64,000 nt of DNA from Isurus oxyrinchus (Eukaryota): contig JANJGN010000156.1 of assembly GCA_026770705.1 (NCBI GenBank), positions 434,001-498,000 of the forward strand. The letters are read 5' to 3'. Below, one piece after another: positions 23,451 through 35,849 of this stretch. The notes beneath the pieces are model-generated. The model was not told where the DNA came from. It saw only the letters and a program-made list of their open reading frames with translations, and ran no database searches. The translations under genes and the position numbers were made by a program. The stretch's first letter is position 1, and each line of letters begins with the position of its first letter.

Positions 23451-26446
23451 ACTAACAAACAAACAGCGTTCGGTGTGGGACTAAATACCTCATGCGTGGT
23501 TTTCCGCTGCAAATCAGCAACTGATATCAACATTTTCTACAATTCACTTTGATCAGCATCTGAACAAAAGAACTGGAGATGGAGAAAAGGTCAGAGAACA
23601 ATGAAAAAATCGGACTTGTCCTTTTAGGAAAATCAATTTGTGAACATTCCCCATAGGGCATTTGCTGTTTACGAGCCCATTTTCACAAAGCAATCCTGCA
23701 GAAACATGGGAGGATTGAGGAGGCTAGCGAATTTGCTGGGACCGGGCAATAATTAATACTTACTCATCTTTGCAGTGGGAGTTAAACGGAAAGATTTAGT
23801 TGATTTTATGATTTCAGTAGGAAAGTAGAGAACATTTCAGCAAATGGATGAGAGAGCGTGATCTCTGCAGCAATAAAATAGGTTTAAGTCGAAACTGAGG
23901 CTTTTTCAGCGAATGCAAACTTTTCAAAAGCAACCATTCTGGTCTCAGAGACAGGAAGGATCTCGCCTGGGACTCTGGACTGTCCGATTTTCAATGAGAG
24001 TTTAGCAGCACACTGAAACCAAAAGTTTCATGCACTAGGACACCCAGACTCCTTTGCATCTCTGAGCTTTGCTACCTCTCACCGGTTGGATGATGTGCCT
24101 CTTCTTTGTCCGTCCTGACAAAATGGACAACCTGACGTTTTACTACTTTCTACTCCATTTGCCAGGTCTTTGTCCAATCACGTAACATATCAAGATCCTT
24201 ACGCCCTCTTCACAACTTACTTTACGACCTACAATTGTGTCGGACTTGCTTAACAGCCTTGCCACATGTTCAAGTCTCATTTGTCATTTTTAGAATGTTG
24301 TGAATGGGGAGCTATTCCCGCCATTAATTTTTGAAAGCGATAGCAGAACGAACCACAATTTATACAGGATTTTAAAATATGCATATTTCACCTGGTGTAA
24401 TTCACCTGCCTTCTCCCCGCAACCCCGCGCATTGTTAGTTCTCCAACAATCGTCTAATCCCCTCTTGCTCCGGGACAGGAAGTGGGAATGCAACCTGTAC
24501 CTGGTATGGTCAGTATTAGAGGATTGGCCTCTGCCCCGCCCGGCCACACAAAGGTGGGCATATTAAAAACCCTTTGTGTGGTCCAGAGGCCGCACCCACA
24601 GTACCTGCTGCTCCCAGGGGCATTTCCACATCCTGTGCTGTTCGGTGTCCCTTTTCTGCTTGCTATCGGTAATTGAAAAAGTTCCAGGTGAATCAGGAGT
24701 GAGCGGGACCGAGAATACGGGAGGTTGGAGCCTTTGGCCCGAGCTGGGAGAGGCCACAACGTTTTAAGTCGGGCAGAGGTGAAGGGCGAGGCCAGAACCA
24801 TGTGGATCCCGAGAGAGCGAGGAGTGGTGAATGCAAACAATTATTCTGATATTGGGGCATGGTATGGGTGAGGGGATGGGGGTAACTGGGGAGTCAGGCA
24901 AGCATGGAGACGGAGAACGGGGAGCCAGGATGGCATGGTGATAGAGGGTGGGAGGAGGGAAGCGAGACCAGCCTGGTGTTGTTTTTAGTAGGGGAGGCGG
25001 GTGAGAGGGGGTAAGAACTGGCTTGAAACTTCTACCCTGATTTTTTTTTGGGATATTCTTTGAAATAAGTGGCCCATTAACCTAATCTTTCCGCGTGTAA
25101 GAGCTGTTACATTGAGAAAATTCTCTGCTTCATCCTCTGAATGTGATCTTTAGGGAGACGGGGCACATGGCTGCTGCAGTTTGAAACCTCCTACACATGA
25201 TGAGGCCGCTAGTAATGCAGCACTCAGCCCTGTGCTGAGTCAGACTGCATGGTGCATCCTGGGCTACAAATTGGACTCTCTGCTTTCGGGATAGAGAGAA
25301 AAGAAAATATGACCGCAGGCCAGCCATCACCTCAAGGGGATCTGCAAAACCTCCAGCACATTTGGGATATGATCCCCGCGACGTGTTTATCTCAACCGCG
25401 GAGGTCTCTTCATCTGCCGCTCGTGCTTTATTCAAGAATTGTTTCAGTTTCCACCCTTTCTCAGTGCCACCCCCGCACATAGGGAGATGTTTTCTTCAAC
25501 TTAGTTTACAGTGGACAAAATGTCCACTTGAGTTTTAATAATTACACCCACTTGAAAATGGTCTAGAAACATCTGCAGTACAATAGAGGTAAAAAAAAAA
25601 CTCTAGATTGGTGTAGTCATCAATCCTTGTCATAACGTGTTCCCAGATCTTTTTGCTTCCCGCCCCTAATTTTCAGTCCTTTCTGAACAATGCTGCCATT
25701 CTGACCATTGTCCATTCTTAGTCCCTCAGCATGTTCATATCAGGCTTTGTCCACTGTGATTACCGTGCCTTTTGGCCACCTGGACATCAGTGACCTTATT
25801 GCTGTCAAGGACTCAGCGTCCCCAGCAGAGCAAGCTGCAGCGACCCAAAAGTTATGTCTGGTTTTCTAGAGCGCAGAGCTGCTGACCAGGATTGAGCCGC
25901 TGTCTGCCATGAGCGACAAGAAGGATCGAGAGGAAGGGGGATGCGCTGTGTCAAATGGAAGGGGCGAGGAAAGGTCTTAGGGAAAATTTTGAGAATAAGT
26001 GGAACCATTTGTTCTTTATTTTCTCCTCCTGCAACATAGGGTAGGCCGCAGTGACAGGGAAAAGCGAGGTTAGTAAATAGGCCTGGGGGCATGGCGAACA
26101 ATGTAGAGTGCAAAACTAGCCAGAAAACTGCATAAAAAAAACACTCTGCACAATAATTTCTTCAATGCTCCCGTTTAGTTGGGAGTGTATAGTTCAAACA
26201 CGACCATTTCATTTTTTTAAAAAGATACTAAAGTTTATTTTCCAACCTGAGCAAGAGTTCGAAGGAATGTTTACAAAATGTTTCGCTATTTCAACTTTAA
26301 GACATGATCAATACTCAAAACTAACAAAAATACAAAATAAAGGCCCAGCAACCACAAGAAGCCAAACCTACAGTCCAATAATGTTTTAGAAAATGTTTGA
26401 ATATCACCTCAAAATAGTCTGGAGGTGATGTAATAAAGCAAAGAGT

Positions 26447-26858
26447 TTAAGCACGCTCCCCCGGATCCGTTGTACCAGCTGGGTTTCTTTGGGCATAACG
26501 GTCACTCTTTTGACATGGATGGCACACAGGTTGGTGTCCTCCAACATTCCAACCAACTAGGCCTCACTGGCTTCCTGCAATGCTCCAATTGCCACACTCT
26601 GAAACCTCAGGTCAGTTTTGAAGCCCTGGGCAATTTCCCTCACCAGGCACTGGAAGGACAGTTTGCGGATAAACAACTCTATATGGAATTCTGGCATCGG
26701 CAGATTTCTCAGATTGCGACTGTACCCAGCCTGTAGCGACGAGATCTCTTCACTTCGCCAGTGGATGGAGCATATTTCTTGGCTGCCTTGGAGGCCAGCT
26801 GCTTCCTGGGCGCGTTGCAGCTGGTGGACTTCCAGGCTATCTGTTTGGTATGAGCCAT
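26447..26858 (-). pseudogene. Processed histone H3.3 pseudogene
   Basis: [58 protein letters not shown]; S31 and IG at 89-90 are H3.3 diagnostic; intronless with stops and frameshifts; 3' UTR with AATAAA and A-tract to ~26212. Confidence 0.9.
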
Positions 26859-28334
26859 CTCCGCTCAGAGGATCAACTTGACCACCTGCAATAGTGAACT
26901 CATGTAAATTATTTAGGTTCTTGTTGTCAGAGTGCAGCACAAACAATGATCATTGCACTGTTACAGAGGCAGATATTAATAGCTGCAATAAACAAAGAAC
27001 CCTTTTATTCAATCCTATTCATTGTGAATTGACTGATTTCTGAGACATTCAAATATTACTCTTGTGGAGTTAAAGAAGGAGCTGAGGACCGCCCAGCAAC
27101 CTGTTGATCTGCAGCTGGGCACTGCTGCTGACTGCGCTGCAGGAGCGAGCACACAGAAGGTGAAAATAGTGTAGACCAAGGGCAGTGTGCACCCTCCTGC
27201 CGCTGGACTCCATGGCAATGGGGGTGGCTAAGCACAGAAAAAAGGGAAAGCAGCGTCATTCACCTGGGCCTAGTTTGTAGACTAGCCGACAGAAGTGTGC
27301 AGGGTTAATGGCCAAGCTGGAGGATGATCAGGAGGAGGAACGACCTACCAACAGGACGGTGTGAACCTGCACCAGTGACACCGAGCAGTGGTCAGCATTG
27401 GTGAAAACTGACAGTCTGTACAGTGATAGTGGAAAGGAGCCAAGTGAGGCAGCCAGAGGGAAGGACGGATGGCAGCATGAGGCTGAGTCTCAACGTTTAT
27501 TCCCAGTCAGAATGACAACAGCCACATCAGGCCAATCAGAGCCCCTCACCAGCTGCTTTCAAAGTCACATTCTGCTAAGCTTCCTTTGGTAACAGCTGAA
27601 CTTACATGTGTGGGTAATGCACATGCACAGTCCAGCAAGCAGACCGAACATCACTTTATCCATCTCCATAAATATCAGTGGTCAGACAGCGAGTATGACA
27701 GGCTGAAATGCAAACCCAGAGGCAGGAGAATGGTATCCTGTGTGCAGAGTACCATAGACCGCGGGCTCAGTTGAACAGCTGGACCAAGGCACTAGATGTC
27801 CTCTCTGTGACTATCTGGCTAAGAATTCCCTGTTCCATGCTGCACTCCACAAATCAGCAGCTTCCTCTACAGTCAGTGATTGCCGGGTCCCTGCACATTA
27901 TGATGAATTGTTTGAGGCACCTGAAAACAGAGTTGTGTGAATAGAGATCCTGCAATTGAATGTAATGAAATTCACGTGGATCATCCCCACGTGGCCCCGC
28001 CCATCTGCCCCCTCCACAGCTTCTGAATCTATAGCCCTTGGATTCCTCTGGAGAGCAAGATAGAGCAATCAGAGAGTTTCCTCTTTCCATTGAAGCTGTG
28101 AATCCTGGAAAGCTCATGCGGGAGACTTTTGGTCCCTTTGGTCCCAGTGGTAATTGACAGCAGGCGTGGAGATGAAAAGTCAGTGAGTGCTTGTGGAACC
28201 CTCCCAACAATATGTGAACTTACGTCAAACTGAGAGATCACATCATGTTCTCACCCTTGACTTTGCCAAGAATATACTCACAAGCAATGGATCAGAGACA
28301 ATGGTACCTACATCAATTGACTGGCCATGTTCTC

Positions 28335-28650
28335 TGGTGACGTCACTGGATTAGTAATCCAGAGAGGCTAATGCTCAAGGGACATAAGTTCAAATCCAAC
28401 TATGGCAGCTGACCGAATTTCAAATCAGTTGAGACATTCTGGGATATAAAACCAATTTAAATAATGTTTGCCAACATTGGAGTATCGTCGATTGTTGTAA
28501 AAAAAAAGCCGGTTCATAAATGTCCCATGCGGACGGAAATCTGCTGTCCTTGCCCAGTCTGGTCTGCAGTAATGTGGTTGACACTTAACCATTCTCAAGG
28601 GATGGGGGTGCCGGCCTTGTCAGGGATGTTACATTGGAGAGAATGAAGAA
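28335..28650 (+). mobile_element. tRNA-derived SINE (family common in chondrichthyans)
   Basis: gtcactggattagtaatccagag, gttcaaatcc B-box, gtcgattgttgtaaaa, ggaaatctgctgtccttg. Confidence 0.7.
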
Positions 28651-29654
28651 AGTCCTTGCTCTATCGCTCTGTAAGGCATATAGTGGCCTGCCTAGTTCAG
28701 CCTCGACGGTTTGAGTGATTCTTCTCACCAAGTTAGGAAATTAAATGAGAAATCGCAGCGATCACGCTTTGACTCGCTCTTTACGATGGTTCAATGTCCA
28801 TGACTGCAACATTTTTAATAATATTTTTCAAAGCGACCAGCAGTTATTCCCAGCATTATGCCGACCTCAGGGGGTAACTGCCAATCAACCACCTATTAAT
28901 GCCGAAATTACATAGATGCAGAGCCGCATTTTCACATAAAGAATACCTCCTGGAGGCAGGATTGAAGAATGGGAGTGGGAATGAAGATTTGAGGCAAGTA
29001 CAATTCACTCAGGACATGAAAGCACATTGTCTAGTTTTCACATCCTATCGTGTTTTAGCAGCAACACGCATTTGCAGCCATCAGACTATCAGGATCTCAA
29101 ATTAATTCCCTAACTTTCAGAAACCTGGGCAAGAGAAAGTGAAAGTGCAACATCGTCAAATATTTTTTGTTGCACCGGAAAAATTGGAGACTCTGAAATA
29201 TTTAGAAAAGAGAAATCTGGTTATAAGCCGCCTGGTGCATGCACTTTTCACTAGTGATGTCCTTCTGAACTCAAGCTGCAGGGGCAGAGCTTCTACAGCA
29301 GACGGGAGGAAGCCTTTACCCTTAATGGTCATTGAGACAGTCAACGGTGAGTGCACATATCAACCAGTAGCCAGGCATTTATAAAGAAAGTAAATATATT
29401 GCATGTAATTCCCAGGAGCTGTTGGATGGTGGACTAAACACTCGGTCTGGGACCAAATGTTTCAGTAAAAGAGCGTCTCTCTTGTGATTTTAATAAGTGA
29501 ATGCGTTACCTTCTCGGAGTTCATGAGACAGCACCATCGACAGGATGGAGAAACAGTGACGGGAGAGACAGAGCTGAACCGAATAATAAACAGCTGCTGC
29601 ACAAATGCAAGACGGCGGCCGAGCAGGAGGCTGGTCGCAATAAGAGTGGGATAA

Positions 29655-29766
29655 AAACAAAAAACTGCGGATGCTGGAAATCCAAAACAAAAACAGAATT
29701 GCCTGGAAAAACTCAGCAGGTCTGCCAGATCTGCTGAGTTTTTCCAGGTAATTCTGTTTTTGTTTT
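29655..29766. mobile_element. Inverted Penelope pLTR fragments forming a 40-bp-arm palindrome
   Basis: 29684-29723 and 29727-29766 are reverse complements with 2 differences. Confidence 0.85.
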
Positions 29767-30464
29767 ACAATGAGAGTGGAGATCTCCCAGTCACTGCAGG
29801 ATCAACATCTATATATTCACCTTCCATTTTAACATTTGGGTATTTTTCCCTCATTGTGTTCCTGGTCGGGAAATGATTCAAGAGGAAAAATAAATCCCTA
29901 TCCGTTTAAAAAGTCCCAAATTGGGGTCAGAAGAAGTGTTATTTTGACAGGATTTGCCACAAAACAGATAACCTGAATTGATGACATTTCATTGTCTCCG
30001 AACTCTCCTAGACTTTCACTGCAGGTGCAGGATTGACGTTTTCTCGTCAGTCATGCGCATTACTGAGCACAGGGGTGTGCCGCGTATTCACTGACAATTC
30101 CCATATTGGCAATTTAACTGAAAGTTTGGTGTGAGTATTACATCCGCGGATCTCACTGGCGTCAGATTTTCCCATTGGTAAATCGAGACACTACACAACA
30201 GAGGAATCTTTCACGATATGAACGTGCTAATCGGAGGACAATTCAATTTCTTTCATTCAACAAATCTATAAATTTGTGGGTTATTACGCATCATAAGGTT
30301 CCTAATAGCAATTAAAGAACTGCGAGTTCAATCAGATAAGATATCCGGTCATCCTTCTAGTCTCTGAAAAAACTGAATGGAGCCCGCAACCCCTCCATTC
30401 CCACATTCAGCATTTTCTTCTGTTAGTAAAGTTAGCCCCAGGCCTCTATTGCCCAAGAGCTAGC

Positions 30465-30536
30465 TTCTCGTTAGTATAGTGGTTATTATCCCCGCCTGTC
30501 ACGCGCGAGATCGGGGTTCAATTCCCCGACGAAGAG
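30465..30536 (+). tRNA. tRNA-Asp(GTC), variant or young pseudogene
   Basis: TTCTCGTTAGTATAGTGG..CCTGTCAC..GGTTCAATTCCCCGACG; one mismatch each in the acceptor and anticodon stems; T-rich terminator downstream. Confidence 0.8.
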
Positions 30537-32344
30537 TGCGTTTATTATTTTTAAAGTAGAAAACACACGTAATTGGAAATGTACTTTAAAATTCAGATGT
30601 AGGAGACAGTGCAGATAAATATTTCGTATCAGCGACAGGGAGATTCAGGAAACGCGGCTGTTTTCACAGATCGGAACATGGCATTTCCTTGATAGGAACG
30701 GCCCTTCACACCAAGTCAGCCGACAGTTCCGTATGTGTCCGAACACCGATGCTGGCTCTTTCATTTAAACTGGGCTAAATCGGAATTTCCGTGAAATCAG
30801 TGAATTGGTACCTTGAAACTAGGACAGCTAGCTGAAAGAAGGTATTTTCAAACCGAGAACAACCGGCCACACTCGATTTAGTAATGACTAATTACTAAAT
30901 TAATAATTTGACATTAAACGCACATCTTGTAAAGCGTGACTGTAACATCACACAGTAATTTTCATTGTAATCTCTGCCACCATTTTGTTCATCTTGAAAA
31001 TTTATTTTTTCCCTTTATTTCCTTTGGTTTCGGACAGCAGCTATTCAGGATCCTGCCTTTCATCCCCGGCCCCCTCGTAATTTTTAGCTTCTCATCCCAT
31101 TGCCTCTCCCTCAGTGAACACGATGATTGTCCTAATTCCAGCCCTATTTACTGCTTTCTGCACTATTAGCAGCTCCTTGGCACAGAGATTATTTTTCTCT
31201 TTTGATGTTTCATTGAGTAAAATTTGAAAGATGGTGAACGCCATTCATATTCCTTTCTCTTCCTCCTCGCCAATCTTTCCGTTTTCTTTCTCTGTACCTC
31301 TGTTTGCCTCTGGAACTCACTCCTAACCCTCTTCAATTCCCGACACAACTCAGTGCCTACATTTAACCCACCGACGGTTGCTTTACGGAGGTCCTTCCCC
31401 ACGATTGCAGAAGGGATTCGATACATTTTTTTGTAACTTTGAATAGGTAAGATCAGCCCAAACCTATTCCCGCTGACTGGGAACCTAGGACTCAGCGCCA
31501 CCGTAAAAGAATTAAAGCCAGAGATTTTACCGCGTTAATTAGAAAAAGAATTATACACACAAAGTGTGCTGCAACTCATGTACATGGGAACCTATCTTGC
31601 GTGAAACGAACACAAGACAAACTGCAGGACTCCAACCTCCAAGCTTTTGATAACCTTGCACGACACATGGAAGTAAAACGCCTCATCCAATAGGCCATAC
31701 GACCATAACAGCAACAATGCAACAGATATCATGTCTTTTTCAGTATCATTCAGGAACCTGAATCAGAAGGTAGACAGCGCACATTGCCCACATGTCTGAT
31801 CCACTACTCAATCTGAGTTGTGATAGTTTCCATGACCTTTGCTTGTTATTGTGTTTTCTGAACACTGAACCACAAGGAACTTACCGGGATCCGGATACTG
31901 GAGTTACTGACAGCTGGGACCGAGTCCTCACTAAACTACCGGGATGGGGAGAGTCAGGAACAGAACAACTGGGACATTCCGCTCTGTTCACTGACTCTTC
32001 ATCCCTCCCGGTGAATCCAGTGCCAAGAGAGATTGATATGAATGGTGCATGACAGGAACTACCTGCAGGGAATGATCCCAATTGGGCCACTTAAAGGGGC
32101 AAATTTCAGCTTTAAAGGCTCTCACTGCTTGGCCACAGTCTGGGACATTTTGTTCAGCTTCTGATTGCAGTGAAATGTGAAAAGTCCCGCAGTGACATAA
32201 TGTTTCAGAGATACAGGTACAATAACAATCCTAATATTGAACAATAATGGCTGACACTGTATCCATTTTACCGCTAACGGCTCTGATAAAACTGCATGAT
32301 ATTAGACAGACTGACGGGCTGTTATCAGATGAACACATTGTACA

Positions 32345-32518
32345 GGGACATCCTAAACATCGGCCAACTGCGACCCTGCCTCAGCTCATCTGCTGCTGAA
32401 ACCCTCATCCATGCCTTTGTGCAATCTCGGCTCGACTATTCCAGTGTTCACCTGGCCGGCCTCTCATCTTCTACCCCATATATACCTATGCTTATCCAAA
32501 ATTTTGCGGCCTGGAACT
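32345..32518 (+). mobile_element. L2 LINE RT C-terminal fragment
   Basis: NIGQLRPCLSSSAAETLIHAFVQSRLDYS. Confidence 0.8.
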
Positions 32519-32519
32519 T

Positions 32520-33110
32520 CACCTGAATACATGCGAAAAGTCCGCTTGCCCGGAAGACGATGGAAACAAAATCAACGCCAAGGCGGGAATCCTAGTGAAC
32601 ATTGTTATTGATCAGTTTGTTGATCACCCGTTTTTGCAGTTTGTTCAGTTGCTGATAAATGAACATTTGTGTTCCTTGGCAACCGAAATGGCAAATTCTC
32701 CCCATAGATCAGCACGGAGACCGCTGTTATGGGCACTATAGCAGTTTTTACAGTGACATAGTTTGCTTTAAAATTCTGGCCATATACCGCTGACAGTGAC
32801 AGTGACAACTGAAGATTGGAAATGGAGCTAAATTGCGAATCAGAAGTAATGCGGCCACTTCAGTGTCAATTTATGACGGGAGCTTCAGCGCGAAATGACG
32901 GAGTGCCTGCTCCAGTTAAAGTTTGGTACTGCCATAACAATGACAGTGTTGGAGAGGAATGAATGTGTTAGACTTTGCTGAAAGTTTGATAGTCTAATAT
33001 ATGAAGAACATGATCAGTAGATCTGTTTTTGCCAGACACTATACTGACAGAGATACATTTGGAAAGGCCGGAGTTTCTTCAGGCGAGAATCATGATTGTC
33101 AATAGGTTCT
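32520..33110 (-). pseudogene. GPR139-like GPCR exon 2 pseudogene (TM1 to ECL2, truncated)
   Basis: NLLTIMILA*RNSGLSKCIS, KTDLLIMFF, QNFKANYVTVKTAIVPITAVSVLIYGENLPF, INNVH*; acceptor AG appears mutated to GG. Confidence 0.85.
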
Positions 33111-33339
33111 CCGTATGAAAGAGGGAATCGAGATCAGTAATAGCGACAGCCAGATAAATATCACAGTATGTAGAGGGAATGTTCAGATGTGTTCCGACTG
33201 AGAATTATGCGCCATGATTCTTTCCTATCATACATACAGACACTTTTTCAAAGCATTAAAACAATATACGCTCAATATCCTTCCAGTAAACTTCTTTGAC
33301 ACAGTATCAAGGCAGCAGAGGGGCGGGGGTCACTCGGAT

Positions 33340-35720
33340 TCTGTGCCTGGAATGTTACTGAAGAATGACCCAAGGACCATCGACACTCAGTCCTTGCTGA
33401 CTGACCGCGCACCAGCTGGAACATTGGAACTACCGTATTTGTAAATTGAAGGCTTCAGGTTACCGGCGAGCTGGAACGGAATGAGTTTTCCCCTGAGCTG
33501 CCTCATTGTTCCCATCTTCACAAAGCTGCTCAGCAACTTCAACGCTCCCCTTCTGAATGTTGAAAATATTCCGCCGAAAGCAAACCACAACCTGAAAAAT
33601 TTCTCGCCATCAACAGGCTGACATCTTATCCAATCAACATTTTTCTATTTATTTCATGAGATATGGATATGCCTCCACGACCAGTATAAGTTGCTCATCC
33701 GAAATTGCCTTGAGAAGGATTGCTACATTGACACAGTGAAAGAACTTCAAACATTGAAGTAAAATTAGTTTTGAGATGTTGCCCTGTCCTCAGGTTGATG
33801 CAAGTGAAACTTGCAATTGGAACTGAATTGCGAATGAGAAGTAAGACGGTCACAGTGTTTACGAATTATGACGGGTTCTTTAGCAAGAAATGACCGAGTG
33901 CCTGTTGAATTTTAAATTTGGTAGTAAAGGTCGGGGAAGTTGCAAGAGAAGGAAACTGAAATATGTTTCCACCTGGCTCTCAGTAAGCGGCTTTAGGCGA
34001 TTAGAGCAAGTTGCGGAACCAGTAAACGAGAGAACAAATAACAGGCCGACTGCCCTTGGTGATTTACAAATCTATCCCAGGAACAGTCATACAGAAAAGC
34101 TACTAAACCATGGGGAGAGCTCACAGTTATTTTGCGTTGGGTTTACCCTCTGTTGGGTGACTTCGTGGCTACATTGTCAGGCAGAGATTGGAATTACGAC
34201 AAGTTAGACGGGAAAACATTGGTTTCTCAGCGACCTAGTTTATCAGTTGCTTACACGTAGCTCAGCAATGAAGTAGACGTTGCGCAGTTCAGTATTTTAC
34301 TTCGTTCCGGTCATATTTGAGAATAATTAACAACAAATTAGGAATATATTGTGCTGCTTTTTTAAAAGACATCTCGAAGAAGCAAATGCCTTTTTGGCCT
34401 GGCCAGCAGCTGACCAACTGTTGAGAAATTTGGTAATGGATAGACTTTGCTGACAGATGCAGTATTTGCGTGAAATTGTTGCGAAGCGAGTTATTGTTGT
34501 CGTGCAGAGGGTTGTTAATAACTTGAATTCCTTCGAAGTCGAATAAAAGCCGTTGGCCCGTACGGGGATCGAACCCGCGACCTTGGCGTTATTAGCACCA
34601 CGCTCTAACCAGCTGAGCTAACCGGCCACTTAAAGCATTCCCTCTAGTAATCTGGTTTTCAAATTCAACTGGCAGTGAGTGGAGGATTCAGCATTATTCC
34701 TTGCTGATTGATTGTGCACAGTCTGGAACTCCTGTTTGTCGAGTTGAAACTTCACATTACCAGCGAGCTGTGAGTGTCTGTTTCTCCCAGAGCTGCTGAA
34801 TGATCCGACCCTGACAAAGCTGTTCCGTAACAGATAACTTCTCCTTCTTGTCAATGATGAAAATAACCTGTCCAAAGCAAACCTTCAGCTGCAAATTCTC
34901 CCGTCATCAATAGGCTGATATCTATGCAATCTCTTTTCTATTTACTTCTTGCGATGATGGGCATGTCGCGCATGACCAGTGTAAGTTGTTCATTCACAAC
35001 TGCCTTAAGAACGATGCTAAATTTAATAAGAATAAGCACTTCAAGCACTGAAGTAAAAATAGTGTCGAAATGTTGCCGTATCTCCAGGATGTTGGAACTG
35101 AAGCGTATGGATTTCATGGTAAATGCAAGACGGTGGCTTAAACGAGAAATTACCGAATGCCTGTTGAAATTTACACTTCGTCCTATCATTCAGGGGAGTT
35201 GCAATGTCAGGGAACTGAAATATATTTCCGCCTGGCCCTTAATCGATGACTTGAGGCGATCAGAGCAAGTTGGGAAAGTGGTAAGTAACAGGCCAACTGC
35301 CCGTGTGATTGATGTATTTACCTGATTAACAGTTATGCAACAGCGCCGGTTCCCAAGTCACAGAGCAACATTGTGGGGGGAGCTCACTCTTGTTTTGACT
35401 CGCGTTTACCCTCTTCTGGCTGATTTCATAACGAAGCGTTCGAGATTGGTTGGAATTAGACGGGGGCGGCATTGATTTCTGAGCCCAGGTTGTTATGTGT
35501 CACCAATCAACGGTGCGCAGTTATAATGCAAAGTTTTCCAATCCGTTGCACTGTTTTGCTGCAAACATCACTGGGAATTGTTTATCAGGCTGTATGGCAG
35601 AGCGAACGGAGAACTTACATTTTAAAGAGCGCCCGAGCACCGAAGTGAATCCTGAAAACATCAGCGTTACGGGTGTTTGGGAGATGGATTTGTACCAAGC
35701 AGATTTCTCTCCTGAAAAAA
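33340..35720 (+). repeat. Two diverged tandem ~1.3-kb units around the tRNA-Ile gene
   Basis: catcaacaggctgacatc (33609) vs catcaataggctgatatc (34905); aaatgaccgagtgcctgttgaa vs aaattaccgaatgcctgttgaa. Confidence 0.8.
34554..34627 (-). tRNA. tRNA-Ile(AAT), intact
   Basis: GGCCGGTTAGCTCAGCTGGTTAGAGCGTGGTGCTAATAACGCCAAGGTCGCGGGTTCGATCCCCGTACGGGCCA; full cloverleaf; TTTT terminator at 34548-34545. Confidence 0.97.
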
Positions 35721-35849
35721 GCCACATGCATAGTTAGCCGTGCTCTTCATGGCACATATTAGCTATTTGGCAATATATATAGGGGGAATCTTCATGAAGT
35801 TTTCAGGCAACAAGAATAGTGGTTGTGTTTGATAGTGACGAGGTTTGAA

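Larger units (their letters stand above)
22969..28360 (+). repeat. Segmental duplication cassette, copy B
   Basis: Colinear with 12505-17770; lacks ~13160-13960 and carries an extra H3.3 retrocopy. Confidence 0.9.

Noticed and set aside
26403-26429. Hairpin atcacctc/gaggtgat after the H3 stop as a histone stem-loop
   Set aside because: Does not fit the 6-bp stem, 4-nt loop consensus; the gene is a polyadenylated H3.3 type
31691-31740. 5S rRNA-like start ggccatacgacc
   Set aside because: Similarity ends after ~14 nt; no internal control region
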